From the NCBI RefSeq assembly GCF_008000775.2, contig NZ_CP042905.2, forward strand, positions 864,043-888,042: 24,000 nt of DNA. Direction: 5' to 3'. This stretch comes from Promethearchaeum syntrophicum (lineage in GTDB: Archaea > Asgardarchaeota > Lokiarchaeia > Sigyniarchaeales > Promethearchaeaceae). A model generated the notes under the pieces. It was not told the origin of the DNA, did no database searches, and was given only the letters and a program-made list of their open reading frames with translations. Both the position numbers and the translations under genes were made by a program. This document shows, one piece after another, positions 1-8,595 of the stretch; positions within the stretch are counted from its first letter, which is position 1, and the number at the start of each line of letters is the position of its first letter.

Positions 1-199
1 CATTTTAAGGTGATTTCGATTTCTCAAATACTTTCGATCAAACCTTTTATTGTTTATACATAAAACTTTGTTTATTAAATAAATATGGTTTTAAGGTATA
101 AACCAACTACAAAAAGGGGAAAAAAGATAAATCAATTTAATTCAATATTAATTTAGATTAAGGTTCTTTTTCAAATTCTCTGAATTTTGGCGGAATTCC

Positions 200-1066
200 T
201 TAAGAACTTGCTATTTTTGAGAAATCTCTTCCTAAAATACCCATCATCTGTTCCCGATTGGATTCATGGGTTTCCATATATATAAATCTCCCATTTGGTA
301 ATTCTTTTGCGATTTTAGGATAATCACGCTTATAATGGATAAGATCGTTTGTATCATTAAAGACAAATACTTTTTCATCAATTTTAGATAAATTTATGAA
401 CAGTTCAAAATGACGGGATTGGAACGCCGCTCTTTTCCATTTCTACATAACTGCTTCTTGGATTAAATCCTCTGCTCGTTGTTTTTGCACTTCTTCTGTC
501 ATTTTTCTGAGCCTTAACCATTTTAATAACGGTTTTATTAAATACAGAAGCTAAACTGGAAGAATAGGTACAATATAATTAAGCATCCATTGAGGATACC
601 AGAGTCGATGCATGGGATCAATAGTAACAATTGAAGGCGCGGTGATTGTCTTAGTCATTAATCCTTGTAAGATTACAGCTCCCCCCCAACACGGACCCAT
701 TAGAATAAAATCATTATTACCATTTAATTCTAAAAATTTTAAAGCAACACCGACATCTTTGGCTTTCTGGTTCATGCTCAATTTTGCTTTAAATCTTTTA
801 ATTCGTCTTGTTTTCTTTTCCCTTGTTTCAATATAGAAAAATTCGACCTTTTCATGTAGAAATTCATAGAAATCTTGAAAATTTCGAGGAATTACTCCCC
901 AACCAGGAACAAATACTACAAGCTTTTTTGAAATTTTATTTTTGGGATTTACATGAATAACTCGAATTTCTCCATCAACTACAGGAACATAGATTATCTC
1001 TCTTGTTTCTCAATCTTCCATTGAAAAATCAGGAAAAATTGTATCTGTCCTTGTCTCATCGAGCAT
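200..1066 (-). pseudogene. alpha/beta-fold hydrolase, one continuous 289-codon frame interrupted by three in-frame stops (TGA 1010-1012, TAG 551-553, TAG 443-445)
   Basis: I translated the minus strand from ATG 1066..1064 to TAA 202..200. It reads MLDETRTDTIFPDFSMED*ETREIIYVPVVDGEIRVIHVNP..VVFVPGWG..FILMGPCWGG..PILPV*LLYLIKP..QEAVM*KWKRAAF..METHESNREQMMGILGRDFSKIASS*. The nucleophile-elbow-like GxCxG and the HG-type 'PGWG' fit an alpha/beta hydrolase. The tracked ORF 551..781 is only the middle piece. TAG ends intact genes in this window (6733, 10988), so these stops are ordinary nonsense codons. Confidence 0.6.
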
Positions 1067-1358
1067 TTTTTAAATTTTATGCTCTTGTTCTTTTGTGATT
1101 ATGAATAAACTGATCATACAAAACAGTCTTTTTATAATTTAATAGGTTAATTTTGATCGCAAATAAAAAAAAAGTAAAAATAATATTATTATTTCCTGAT
1201 TAAACGGGTTTCTTTCAGTTCTTTCTTCATTTTTACTAATTTCTCACCATGTAACGGATAGAATAAGAGTAATATAATTACTTTAAAATTTTGCAATCAT
1301 ATCCACTGGAGACATTAAAATCTTTAGATCAGTTCGCATCTGTTCCCAGGTCTGCTCG
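995..1358. repeat. Copy A of a ~360-bp diverged direct repeat (hydrolase 5' end + intergenic spacer + degraded 3' end of the GPH transporter gene)
   Basis: Aligned by eye to 1698-2084. Shared strings include tctcttgtttctc, gtctcatcgagcatttttt, aaacagtcttttta, ctaatttctcaccatgtaa(c/t)ggatagaataa and cattaaaatcttta. Copy A holds a frame-broken relic of the transporter C-terminus (..DLKILMSPVDMIAKF*). Boundaries are approximate. Confidence 0.7.
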
Positions 1359-1638
1359 CCGGAACAATGACATTTTTGATTAGTTTATATTTCTTTTCAG
1401 AAGTATATTTTTCCTTGGTAAATCGATTCCTAGATTTATCAAGAAATAAAATTAAACCACAGAAAATCAATACAACTCCAAAAATTGTTCCTAATAAACT
1501 CCAATATATTGGGATAAAAAAAATTAAACTTATTGTTCCAAGAATGCAATAGACTAACCCATATATTTTTTCGATTTTCTTATTCTTATATCCATATGGG
1601 AATAAAATAAGAAATATGAAATTAATAATATCTATCAT
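1324..1638 (-). CDS. small 3-TM membrane protein, paralog of 4395..4655, with a chimeric C-terminal tail
   Basis: ORF track. The first ~70 aa (MIDIINFIFLILFPYGYKNKKIE..IPIYWSLL..LDKS) closely match the 86-aa ORF at 4395..4655. The last ~15 codons read out of frame into the transporter-gene relic of repeat copy A. Confidence 0.55.
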   Translation of the reverse strand: MIDIINFIFLILFPYGYKNKKIEKIYGLVYCILGTISLIFFIPIYWSLLGTIFGVVLIFCGLILFLDKSRNRFTKEKYTSEKKYKLIKNVIVPASRPGNRCELI

Positions 1639-1697
1639 GGTGATCTAATAAGAAAAATGTAAATTAAAAAACTTTTTTACATGAAATATCAGATTTT

Positions 1698-2084
1698 TAT
1701 TTCTCTTGTTTCTCCATCCTCCACTGAAAAATCAGTGACAATTTTATCTGTTTTTGTCTCATCGAGCATTTTTTGAATATTTTGCTCTTGGTCATCTTTA
1801 ATTTTATATAAATTGGTCAAATAAAACAGTCTTTTTAACATTTTTATAAGATACTTTTGATTAAAATAAAATAAAAAAATAGAAAACTTGTCATTACCGG
1901 TGTGTTAAACGCGCTTCTTTTAGTTCCTTTTTCATTTGCGCTAATTTCTCACCATGTAATGGATAGAATAACAGTAAAATAATTACCACAAAATTTGCGA
2001 TCATTCCGACTGGAGTCATTAAAATCTTTAAACCCGTTCGCAAATCTCCAACATTTAAGCCTTCTCCTACAAGGTACTGCTCCC
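1698..2084. repeat. Copy B of the ~360-bp direct repeat (relic of the hydrolase 5' end + spacer + genuine 3' end of the GPH transporter gene)
   Basis: Contains a 26-codon relic ORF at 1689..1769 (-), MLDETKTDKIVTDFSVEDGETREIKI*, homologous to the start of the hydrolase at 1066. GGA (Gly) here aligns with the TGA stop in copy A. Boundaries are approximate. Confidence 0.7.
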
Positions 2085-3357
2085 ATCCATATCCAGAAAG
2101 AACGATCATTATAATAACAAATGTCAGAATCGTTGAATATCTATTAATTAATCCATTTATTCCATAAAACGAACCTGCTCGATTTCTTCCATTTTTCAGT
2201 TCATCTTCATCAATAATATCGGCAATAATAGGATCCACGAAATAAATTCCTCCTGATAACCCTATTCCCATGAAAACCATACATAATAACCCGAGATAAG
2301 GTTTATTATCCAGAAACCAGAATGGGATTAAAGCAAAAATCCAGAAAATTTGAGTGAGAATAAAACCATTTCTCCACCCGATTTTCCTTCCAAGTTTCTC
2401 TAAAAGTGGAAACATAATCCCTGCAGTTAAAAATCCAACGAGTAATAATAAGGAAATCATAAATGCATCCTCTTCGATGCCTAATACATGGATAGCATAA
2501 AGTGAGATAATTGATGTTAGGAGTTTGAAAACCATCCATTTGATGAGGTTAGCGATACAAAAAACAACAAAAGTTTTGTTTCTTATTGTATCCTTAAGCA
2601 TCTCAAAAAATCCTGCTTTTTCTGCTTCATAATCTTCTTCTGCTGATTCTTCTACCATGCCAAGTTTGAAGAATAGAAATCCGGTTATAATTGTTAAAGC
2701 TCCCACAACAATACCTGCTGTTATGTACATACTGGGTATTTTTTCTAATATATCAGGTGGTGTATCAATTGTCGGTGCTAATGGTGAAATAAATATTGTT
2801 GGAAGAACGAATCCAACTAATAATCCGAATATTGTGAAAACTCCACGCCACATATTCGCGCGTCCACGTGCTGCATCTGTTTTAAACATTTCCGAAAAAA
2901 CAGCTAATTGATTTATTGAAAAAATAGTATATACTGAATCATAAAGTGCTATAGTTATAATCATATATAGGAATATTGCTATCTGGGTTCCATTAATCGG
3001 TGCAATGAATATAAACATGTTCATTAATCCAAAAGGGATGATACTAATCATAATCCAGAACCCTCGTCGTCCATATTTACTTTTTGTTTTATCACTCAAA
3101 GGTCCGATCATTGGGTCGTTTATTGAATCCCAAATTGCGAATATTATGAATGCAGTGGTAATATATGATATATGAAGATGTAGAACGGCGTAATAATACG
3201 TAAAAATTAAAAATTGGAACATTTGATGCGACATCTGATCCGTCATTGGACCTAATCCATATGCGATCATTGTCTTTCTCGGCACCTTTCCAGAATACAT
3301 ATTTAAATTTTCTTGATCCAAATCAGCTCTAATATCTTTTACGATTTTTTCCGTCAT
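1894..3357 (-). CDS. glycoside-pentoside-hexuronide (GPH)/MFS cation symporter family transporter
   Basis: 487-aa polytopic ORF. It carries the GPH signature region DSINDPMIGPLSDKTKSKYGRRGFW (the D-x3-D-P-x2-G-x3-D-K-T-x3-G-R-R pattern of MelB/YicJ-type carriers). Confidence 0.85.
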   Translation of the reverse strand: MTEKIVKDIRADLDQENLNMYSGKVPRKTMIAYGLGPMTDQMSHQMFQFLIFTYYYAVLHLHISYITTAFIIFAIWDSINDPMIGPLSDKTKSKYGRRGFWIMISIIPFGLMNMFIFIAPINGTQIAIFLYMIITIALYDSVYTIFSINQLAVFSEMFKTDAARGRANMWRGVFTIFGLLVGFVLPTIFISPLAPTIDTPPDILEKIPSMYITAGIVVGALTIITGFLFFKLGMVEESAEEDYEAEKAGFFEMLKDTIRNKTFVVFCIANLIKWMVFKLLTSIISLYAIHVLGIEEDAFMISLLLLVGFLTAGIMFPLLEKLGRKIGWRNGFILTQIFWIFALIPFWFLDNKPYLGLLCMVFMGIGLSGGIYFVDPIIADIIDEDELKNGRNRAGSFYGINGLINRYSTILTFVIIMIVLSGYGWEQYLVGEGLNVGDLRTGLKILMTPVGMIANFVVIILLLFYPLHGEKLAQMKKELKEARLTHR

Positions 3358-3602
3358 GATTTAGTTTCCTTCTATATTTAGAATCTTAATATTTCTTCAA
3401 CCTTGCTATATTGATATTTTTGATTTTCTGAATGAAAAACATGTTTACATTTTAGTTTTTAAGGAGACAATTCACATATTCTTCAAGATCGATTATATTA
3501 AGCAATTAATATTAATTAGATACCTATTAACATTAAAATAATATTCTTTTGATCAAATAAAAAAAATGAAAATTTTTAGGTTACAATATTTAATACTAAT
3601 CC

Positions 3603-4301
3603 ATGTTAGCAGAATTGACATATACTTTTGAAATTATAACAATTATCGCAAGTTTTTACAGCACTTATAGAATTTTGAAAAAAAAATCTAATTTATTGTG
3701 TAGTAATTTAATGGCCGTAGCAACAGGTTTTATTGGATTATATGTTTTATTCGTTTTCTTATATGATATAATCCAAACATTATGGTCCATTGAAATTTTT
3801 CTCAGAATTGCTATGATGTCTATATTAATTGCAACTTTATTTATGTTTTATTCCATGAATTGCATGGTTTCTTCAAGTGCATGGTTTCAAAATAAGAAAA
3901 AATGGGTGCCGTATATCATTGTAATATTTGGATATACAATTTATTTAATTTTTGCCCATTTAGTTACCGTTGAGAGTTATAACCCTTTGAATATCAGCAT
4001 TGAATTACCGCCGCTTATCATTATGGTTATAATGATGCTTCATTATCTCGTTGCAAGTCTGTCTAAATTGTTTAGGTTCGGTATAAAAAAAACTGAAGGA
4101 TTCAGCCAGAAAAAGATGAAAATTTTTGCTACCGGATTAATGTTGAGTGTTATCAGCATTTTTATTAATATTTTCAGTCAAATTTTTTCAGGTTCAAATG
4201 CCGGAGAGATTTTGGATGTAATATTCTTTTTTAGCCTTGCATGTTCAGTAGTCGTTATAGCTTTTGGATTCTTACTCGAACCAAAAAAGGAAGCAGAATG
4301 A
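3603..4301 (+). CDS. hypothetical polytopic membrane protein (about 7 TM)
   Basis: 232-aa ORF with repeated hydrophobic segments. I recognise no motif. Confidence 0.6.
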   Translation: MLAELTYTFEIITIIASFYSTYRILKKKSNLLCSNLMAVATGFIGLYVLFVFLYDIIQTLWSIEIFLRIAMMSILIATLFMFYSMNCMVSSSAWFQNKKKWVPYIIVIFGYTIYLIFAHLVTVESYNPLNISIELPPLIIMVIMMLHYLVASLSKLFRFGIKKTEGFSQKKMKIFATGLMLSVISIFINIFSQIFSGSNAGEILDVIFFFSLACSVVVIAFGFLLEPKKEAE

Positions 4302-4394
4302 CCTCTTTAAAAAATTTTTTTCAATTTTTTTTCTAAAGGTATTTAATTTACGAGATTATACAAATTTTCATTGACCATCGAAGGAGAATATTGA

Positions 4395-4655
4395 TTAAAT
4401 AATATTTCTTATTGGTGGAGCTTGTCTGAATTGTAGTTGTCTTGATTTAGATTTATCAAGAATTAAAACGAAACCTAAGAAAATCAATACAACTCCAACA
4501 GTAGTATCTAATAAACTCCAATATATTGGAATGAAAATAGTTAAACAGATTATGCCAAGAACGCAATAGATTAATCCATATACTATTTCGATTTTCTTAT
4601 TCTTATATCCATATGGGAATAAAATAAGAAGTATAAAATTAATTATGTCTATCAT
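4395..4655 (-). CDS. small 3-TM membrane protein, paralog of 1324..1638
   Basis: 86-aa ORF MIDIINFILLILFPYGYKNKKIE..IPIYWSLL..LDKS. Similarity to 1324..1638 at DNA and protein level covers ~210 bp. Confidence 0.6.
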   Translation of the reverse strand: MIDIINFILLILFPYGYKNKKIEIVYGLIYCVLGIICLTIFIPIYWSLLDTTVGVVLIFLGFVLILDKSKSRQLQFRQAPPIRNII

Positions 4656-5062
4656 AACACACTATTAATAAAAGTATAAAAATATAATTCTTTCTAAAAT
4701 GAAAAAATAGTTTTTTTTGAACAAAGTAGTATTAAATTTCAGAGATCTACCTTAGAGCATGTTAATTTATTGAAGAAAAGAATTGAATTCTATGACTAAA
4801 TCACCCAAAAATTATATAAATCTCCTTAAAAATATTTCTCGAATTTTTTTTTTCAAAAGATTTTTAATATACAAATTTATAAAATATTTTGACAACATTG
4901 ATTAATTCATATCAAAGTGAGGAAGCACGTCAACTCCATGAAGAAAAAGAACGACTGAGCTACTACGATTCAAAAGAATTGACTAATTTAAAATTCTCTG
5001 TAATATTGATGTTGATTGTTTTGTTGGCTATTCATTTGTATGTTTTTAGTTGAGAATAATAT

Positions 5063-5821
5063 TTAATTCAAATAACCAAGTAGATCTTTTCGTATTTTAT
5101 TAAACTCAAGACTGGTGCGATCTCGTGGGTGAGGAATCTCGATATTGAATTCTTTTAATACTTTTGCAGGTAATTTTGTTAAAACTAATACTCGCTTACT
5201 TAGAAATGTTGCTTCATCGATATTATGGGTTACAAATACAATTGTTAACTTCTGTTTTCGCCAAATTTCCAATAAATCTTCCTGTAAAGAATTCCGGGTT
5301 TGAGCATCAAGGGCTGAAAATGGTTCATCCATTACTATAAGTTTACTAGTTGGATTTATGGCTAATGCCCTACATATTGCAATTTTTTGTTTCATTCCAC
5401 CAGATATTTCATGAGGTAAGTATTTACGGAATTCATTCATTCCTACAAGATCCAGCAATCGTTCTACTGTTTCATCTTGGTCCTCTTTAGAAATATTTTT
5501 AATATTTAAACCAAATCGAATGTTTTTTTCAATATTTAGCCACGGAAATAACGAAAATTCTTGCGGAATATATCCTATTTTCCCAAGACTTTCAAAATTT
5601 TCGTAATAATTATCTGATTTTGGAGAATATTCCAATGATCCATCAAAATCTTTATCAAATCCTGCAAGTATTCTGAGGATTGTAGTTTTTCCACATCCAC
5701 TTGGTCCAATAATTGACACAAAATCGTTTTCGGTAACGTTAAATTCCAAGTTCTTAAGAACAAGATTTTCTGTTTTTTCAGGTGTTATGAATTTTTTCGA
5801 ATTAATACCAAATTTAAACAT
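5063..5821 (-). CDS. ABC transporter ATP-binding protein (NitT/TauT, SsuB/TauB-like)
   Basis: Walker A GPSGCGKTT, Q-loop, signature ISGGMKQK, Walker B LIVMDEPFSALD and H-loop VTHN. Confidence 0.9.
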   Translation of the reverse strand: MFKFGINSKKFITPEKTENLVLKNLEFNVTENDFVSIIGPSGCGKTTILRILAGFDKDFDGSLEYSPKSDNYYENFESLGKIGYIPQEFSLFPWLNIEKNIRFGLNIKNISKEDQDETVERLLDLVGMNEFRKYLPHEISGGMKQKIAICRALAINPTSKLIVMDEPFSALDAQTRNSLQEDLLEIWRKQKLTIVFVTHNIDEATFLSKRVLVLTKLPAKVLKEFNIEIPHPRDRTSLEFNKIRKDLLGYLN

Positions 5822-5863
5822 TTTTTTCCCTTAGATATTATATTTTTTTGTAATACAATTGAT

Positions 5864-6676
5864 TCATTGATGTAATCTCCATTTCAAAGCATAATTCTCA
5901 ATCAGAACAAAAACTCCATTTATTAACAAACCTATAATTGCAATCATTAACATCCCCGCGACCATATTTGAATAATTACCAATATTTTTCATATAATTAA
6001 TAAAATAACCGATTCCAGCCCCGCTAATACCCATCATTTCCGCTGCAATGACACACATCCAACCTACTCCAATTGCCACTCTTAATCCAGTGATAATACT
6101 TGGTAATATTGATGGCAAAATTACATCCCATGCGATTTGTGATCTTGACGCACCCAAAGATTTTGCAACATCTTGGTATACTTTTGAGCTTTGGCGAACT
6201 CCATCATATATATTTTGTAATAATGGAAAAAAAGCTCCCATAAAAATTATAAAAGCATGGGATGTGGTTGTTAATCCAAATGTAATTATTGCAAATGGGA
6301 TCCAGGCTATTGGGGGAATTGGGCGAATCATTTCAATTATTGGTTTAATTATTCCATCTAAGAAAGGGTTTACTGCTATTGCAATCCCTAAAGGTATTGC
6401 AATGATAAATGCATAGAGAACCCCTATAAAAACTCGAAATAGACTTGCACCTACATGTTCTAATAGTGTAACTCCATCAACTGGATTCCAAAATAGAATA
6501 AAAAATGATTTGAACGCCTCATGAGGAAAAGGAACTACACTTATCCCATTATATGAAAGTTGGAGAATTAAAACAAAAATATACCATAATACAATGAATA
6601 ATGCAAATCCTAATACAATATTAACAGTAATTCGGACATTCGGCTTTTTTTGAATTTCAATTGAAGTTTTTTCCAT
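5864..6676 (-). CDS. ABC transporter permease (NitT/TauT, SsuC/TauC-like)
   Basis: 270-aa ORF with about 6 TM. It has an EAA-type loop, AKSLGASRSQIAWDVILPSILPSIITGLRVAIGVGW, and lies directly upstream of the ATPase gene. Confidence 0.85.
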   Translation of the reverse strand: MEKTSIEIQKKPNVRITVNIVLGFALFIVLWYIFVLILQLSYNGISVVPFPHEAFKSFFILFWNPVDGVTLLEHVGASLFRVFIGVLYAFIIAIPLGIAIAVNPFLDGIIKPIIEMIRPIPPIAWIPFAIITFGLTTTSHAFIIFMGAFFPLLQNIYDGVRQSSKVYQDVAKSLGASRSQIAWDVILPSILPSIITGLRVAIGVGWMCVIAAEMMGISGAGIGYFINYMKNIGNYSNMVAGMLMIAIIGLLINGVFVLIENYALKWRLHQ

Positions 6677-6732
6677 ATTTTTTCCTTCTAATTATACTTC
6701 TTTCAATTAATTCTAGATTTTATTTTTTATTT

Positions 6733-7380
6733 CTATTTATCATTCCGAGTAATTTTCATATAAAACACTTCATTACGTATTTGTATTTCACAACTACAAT
6801 TAATAGGATCTTTTTCTAAGACAGTTTTAAAATATTGGCTCCAATATTTTCCATATTTTATTTGGTTAAAGTTGTGATAAAATGCAATTTCGAAATTTCT
6901 TCCATAATTTATGTCTTTTGGCTTATCTTGAGCTTTTATTTGAATTTGCCAAAAATAATTCCCTGCTATCCAAATACTTCTAATTGCATTCAAAATTTCA
7001 TACAAAGTTAAAGTGGAAATATCATTGGTATTATGAAACCATTCGATTAATTGAACACAATTGTTATTTTCTTGTGGTTCTGTGGGAATTTTATCAATAT
7101 ACGACATGAATGTTGTGCGTCCGACTGCTACCATGCTGAAATCACTTCTCATTAAGTGCCACAATTTGTATGGGTCGAGATTTCTTTTTTTTATATCATC
7201 TAATAAGTGATCCCGTATTTTTATTAAATCCACGGCTTCTTCAATGACCCTAGAAAGACTTCCATAGGATATAGACAATTTTTTCATAGTATCATACGTT
7301 TCCTTAGAAACTGTAGTATGAATGTGCTGTTTTTCTGATTTCATGAAATTTTTTCCCACACTTTTGATCATTATGAACAC
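6733..7380 (-). CDS. hypothetical protein with an N-terminal ribbon-helix-helix-like segment; candidate regulator of the ABC operon
   Basis: 215-aa ORF, first gene of the regulator-permease-ATPase string. HIHTTVSKETYDTMKKLSISYGSLSRVIEEAVDLI resembles a CopG/Arc beta-alpha-alpha unit. The start is uncertain: GTG 7380, ATG 7371 or ATG 7344. Confidence 0.5.
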   Translation of the reverse strand: MFIMIKSVGKNFMKSEKQHIHTTVSKETYDTMKKLSISYGSLSRVIEEAVDLIKIRDHLLDDIKKRNLDPYKLWHLMRSDFSMVAVGRTTFMSYIDKIPTEPQENNNCVQLIEWFHNTNDISTLTLYEILNAIRSIWIAGNYFWQIQIKAQDKPKDINYGRNFEIAFYHNFNQIKYGKYWSQYFKTVLEKDPINCSCEIQIRNEVFYMKITRNDK

Positions 7381-7425
7381 GAGTGTTCATAAAGGTCTGT
7401 TACTTCTAAGATCTTAATAGATATA

Positions 7426-7451
7426 AATTTTGATGATTTTGAATCAAAATT
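7426..7451. promoter_or_regulatory. perfect 9-bp inverted repeat AATTTTGAT-N8-ATCAAAATT in the divergent ABC intergenic region (candidate operator)
   Basis: Read directly at 7426-7434 and 7443-7451. The spacer GATTTTGA repeats the half-site. It lies 18-43 nt upstream of the binding-protein ATG (7469) and abuts an ATATAAAT TATA-like box. Confidence 0.3.
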
Positions 7452-7468
7452 CTATCGGAGTTTAGAAA

Positions 7469-8479
7469 ATGGTATCAAGAAAAAATAAAGCATTATTATT
7501 GATTTCTATTTTAATGTTAACAGGTATAACTGCCGTTTCTATCTACTTCGTGGATAAAAATAGAGCAGATGTAAAAATAGGTTTTTTAGAAGGGGATTTA
7601 CATCAACTCGCATTCTATGTTGCTAGAGAAAATGGTTTTTATGAAAAAGAAAATATAACGATTAAAGGAGTTTCCTTTGCGAATGGTGGTGATGTAATGA
7701 CTTCATTTGCTGCTAGTAAAAGAAGCATTGATATGGCATATTTTGGGTTTGCTCCTGCCCTTTATCACAGATTTAATAATCCAGCAGCAAATATTACAGT
7801 TTTAGCTGGTGTAAACGTAAATGGATCTGCATTGATTGTGAAAAACGATTCATCAATTCAAACAGGAGCAGACCTTGAAGGACTTAAAATTGCAGTTCCA
7901 GCTCGACACAATATGCAAGATTTTATATTGAGTATGATCCTCAACAATTCAGGATTAACATATGGTGATATCGATTTAGAGGTAGGAACTACACCTTCAG
8001 ATATGGTTATAAAATTACAAGGTGGTTCAATTGATGGATATGTCGCTTGGGAACCTCATTGCATTAAAGGAACTATAAATGATGTCGGAAAATATCTCTA
8101 TAAAAGCAGTGATGTGTGGGCAAATCATCCCTGTTGCATTATCGCAACTCATAATGAATTCTTAGAAAATAATGCATCAATTGTAAACAGCGTATTAAAA
8201 GTTCATAAACAAGCAACTGATTGGATTTTGAAAAATTGGGATGCCGCAAAAGCAATTGCAATGGACAAAATGAATTTAAGCGAAATACAAGCATCCATTG
8301 CTATGGCAAATATTGGATATGTTTATGATATGGATCTTGCTCAGATGGAATTATTTGTCGAAAAATTAGTAAAATTAAATCCCGGTATCAGTATGGATTC
8401 AGAAAATATACCTGCAGGATTGAATGCATCTACATTTATCGATTGGTTTGTGGATCCTTCGTATATTGAAGCTTTGTAA
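7469..8479 (+). CDS. ABC transporter substrate-binding protein, NMT1/THI5-SsuA/TauA-like, membrane anchored
   Basis: 336-aa ORF with an N-terminal TM anchor. The pattern is periplasmic-binding-protein type 2 (KIGFLEGDLHQLAFYVARENGFYEKENI.., GYVAWEPH). It is divergent from the matching permease/ATPase genes. Confidence 0.8.
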   Translation: MVSRKNKALLLISILMLTGITAVSIYFVDKNRADVKIGFLEGDLHQLAFYVARENGFYEKENITIKGVSFANGGDVMTSFAASKRSIDMAYFGFAPALYHRFNNPAANITVLAGVNVNGSALIVKNDSSIQTGADLEGLKIAVPARHNMQDFILSMILNNSGLTYGDIDLEVGTTPSDMVIKLQGGSIDGYVAWEPHCIKGTINDVGKYLYKSSDVWANHPCCIIATHNEFLENNASIVNSVLKVHKQATDWILKNWDAAKAIAMDKMNLSEIQASIAMANIGYVYDMDLAQMELFVEKLVKLNPGISMDSENIPAGLNASTFIDWFVDPSYIEAL

Positions 8480-8595
8480 TCTTTTCTTCAATCATTATAT
8501 TTTTTTTATTACATTTTATTTCATCTAATAAATGGACAAATCAGAGGTAATATATATAAGATCTAAATACAAAAATGATATGAGAGAGATAATAA

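Noticed and set aside
1-199. Possible gene start at the left edge (the window begins with CAT, = ATG on the minus strand)
   Set aside because: No coding sequence is visible inside the window, so this cannot be supported.
443-553. In-frame TAG codons in the hydrolase as pyrrolysine, or the TGA as selenocysteine
   Set aside because: TAG is the terminator of intact genes here (ends at 6733 and 10988). The TGA aligns with GGA (Gly) in the paralogous relic. There is no SECIS- or PYLIS-like context, and the enzyme family is not a known Pyl or Sec user.
612-836. 74-aa plus-strand ORF overlapping the hydrolase region
   Set aside because: It is antisense to the coherent hydrolase reading frame, and its sequence is low-complexity.
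1121-1140. AAACAGTCTTT strings at 1121-1131 and 1824-1834 resembling the IS terminal repeat (CAGTCTT...)
   Set aside because: Only the first 8 nt of the repeat (CAGTCTTT) match and the rest diverges. The two sites are copies of one ancestral sequence (repeats A and B), so this is effectively one short match in AT-rich DNA. That is insufficient to call a solo IR or MITE.
1367-1552. 61-aa plus-strand ORF
   Set aside because: It is antisense to the small membrane-protein gene, which is supported by a conserved paralog.
6048-6416. 122-aa plus-strand ORF inside the ABC permease gene
   Set aside because: It is antisense to a well-supported CDS (5864..6676) and has no motif. It is a typical shadow ORF. 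The same reasoning applies to 2657..2911 (+) and 2306..2539 (-) within the GPH transporter gene, and to 5575..5763 (-) within the ABC ATPase gene.
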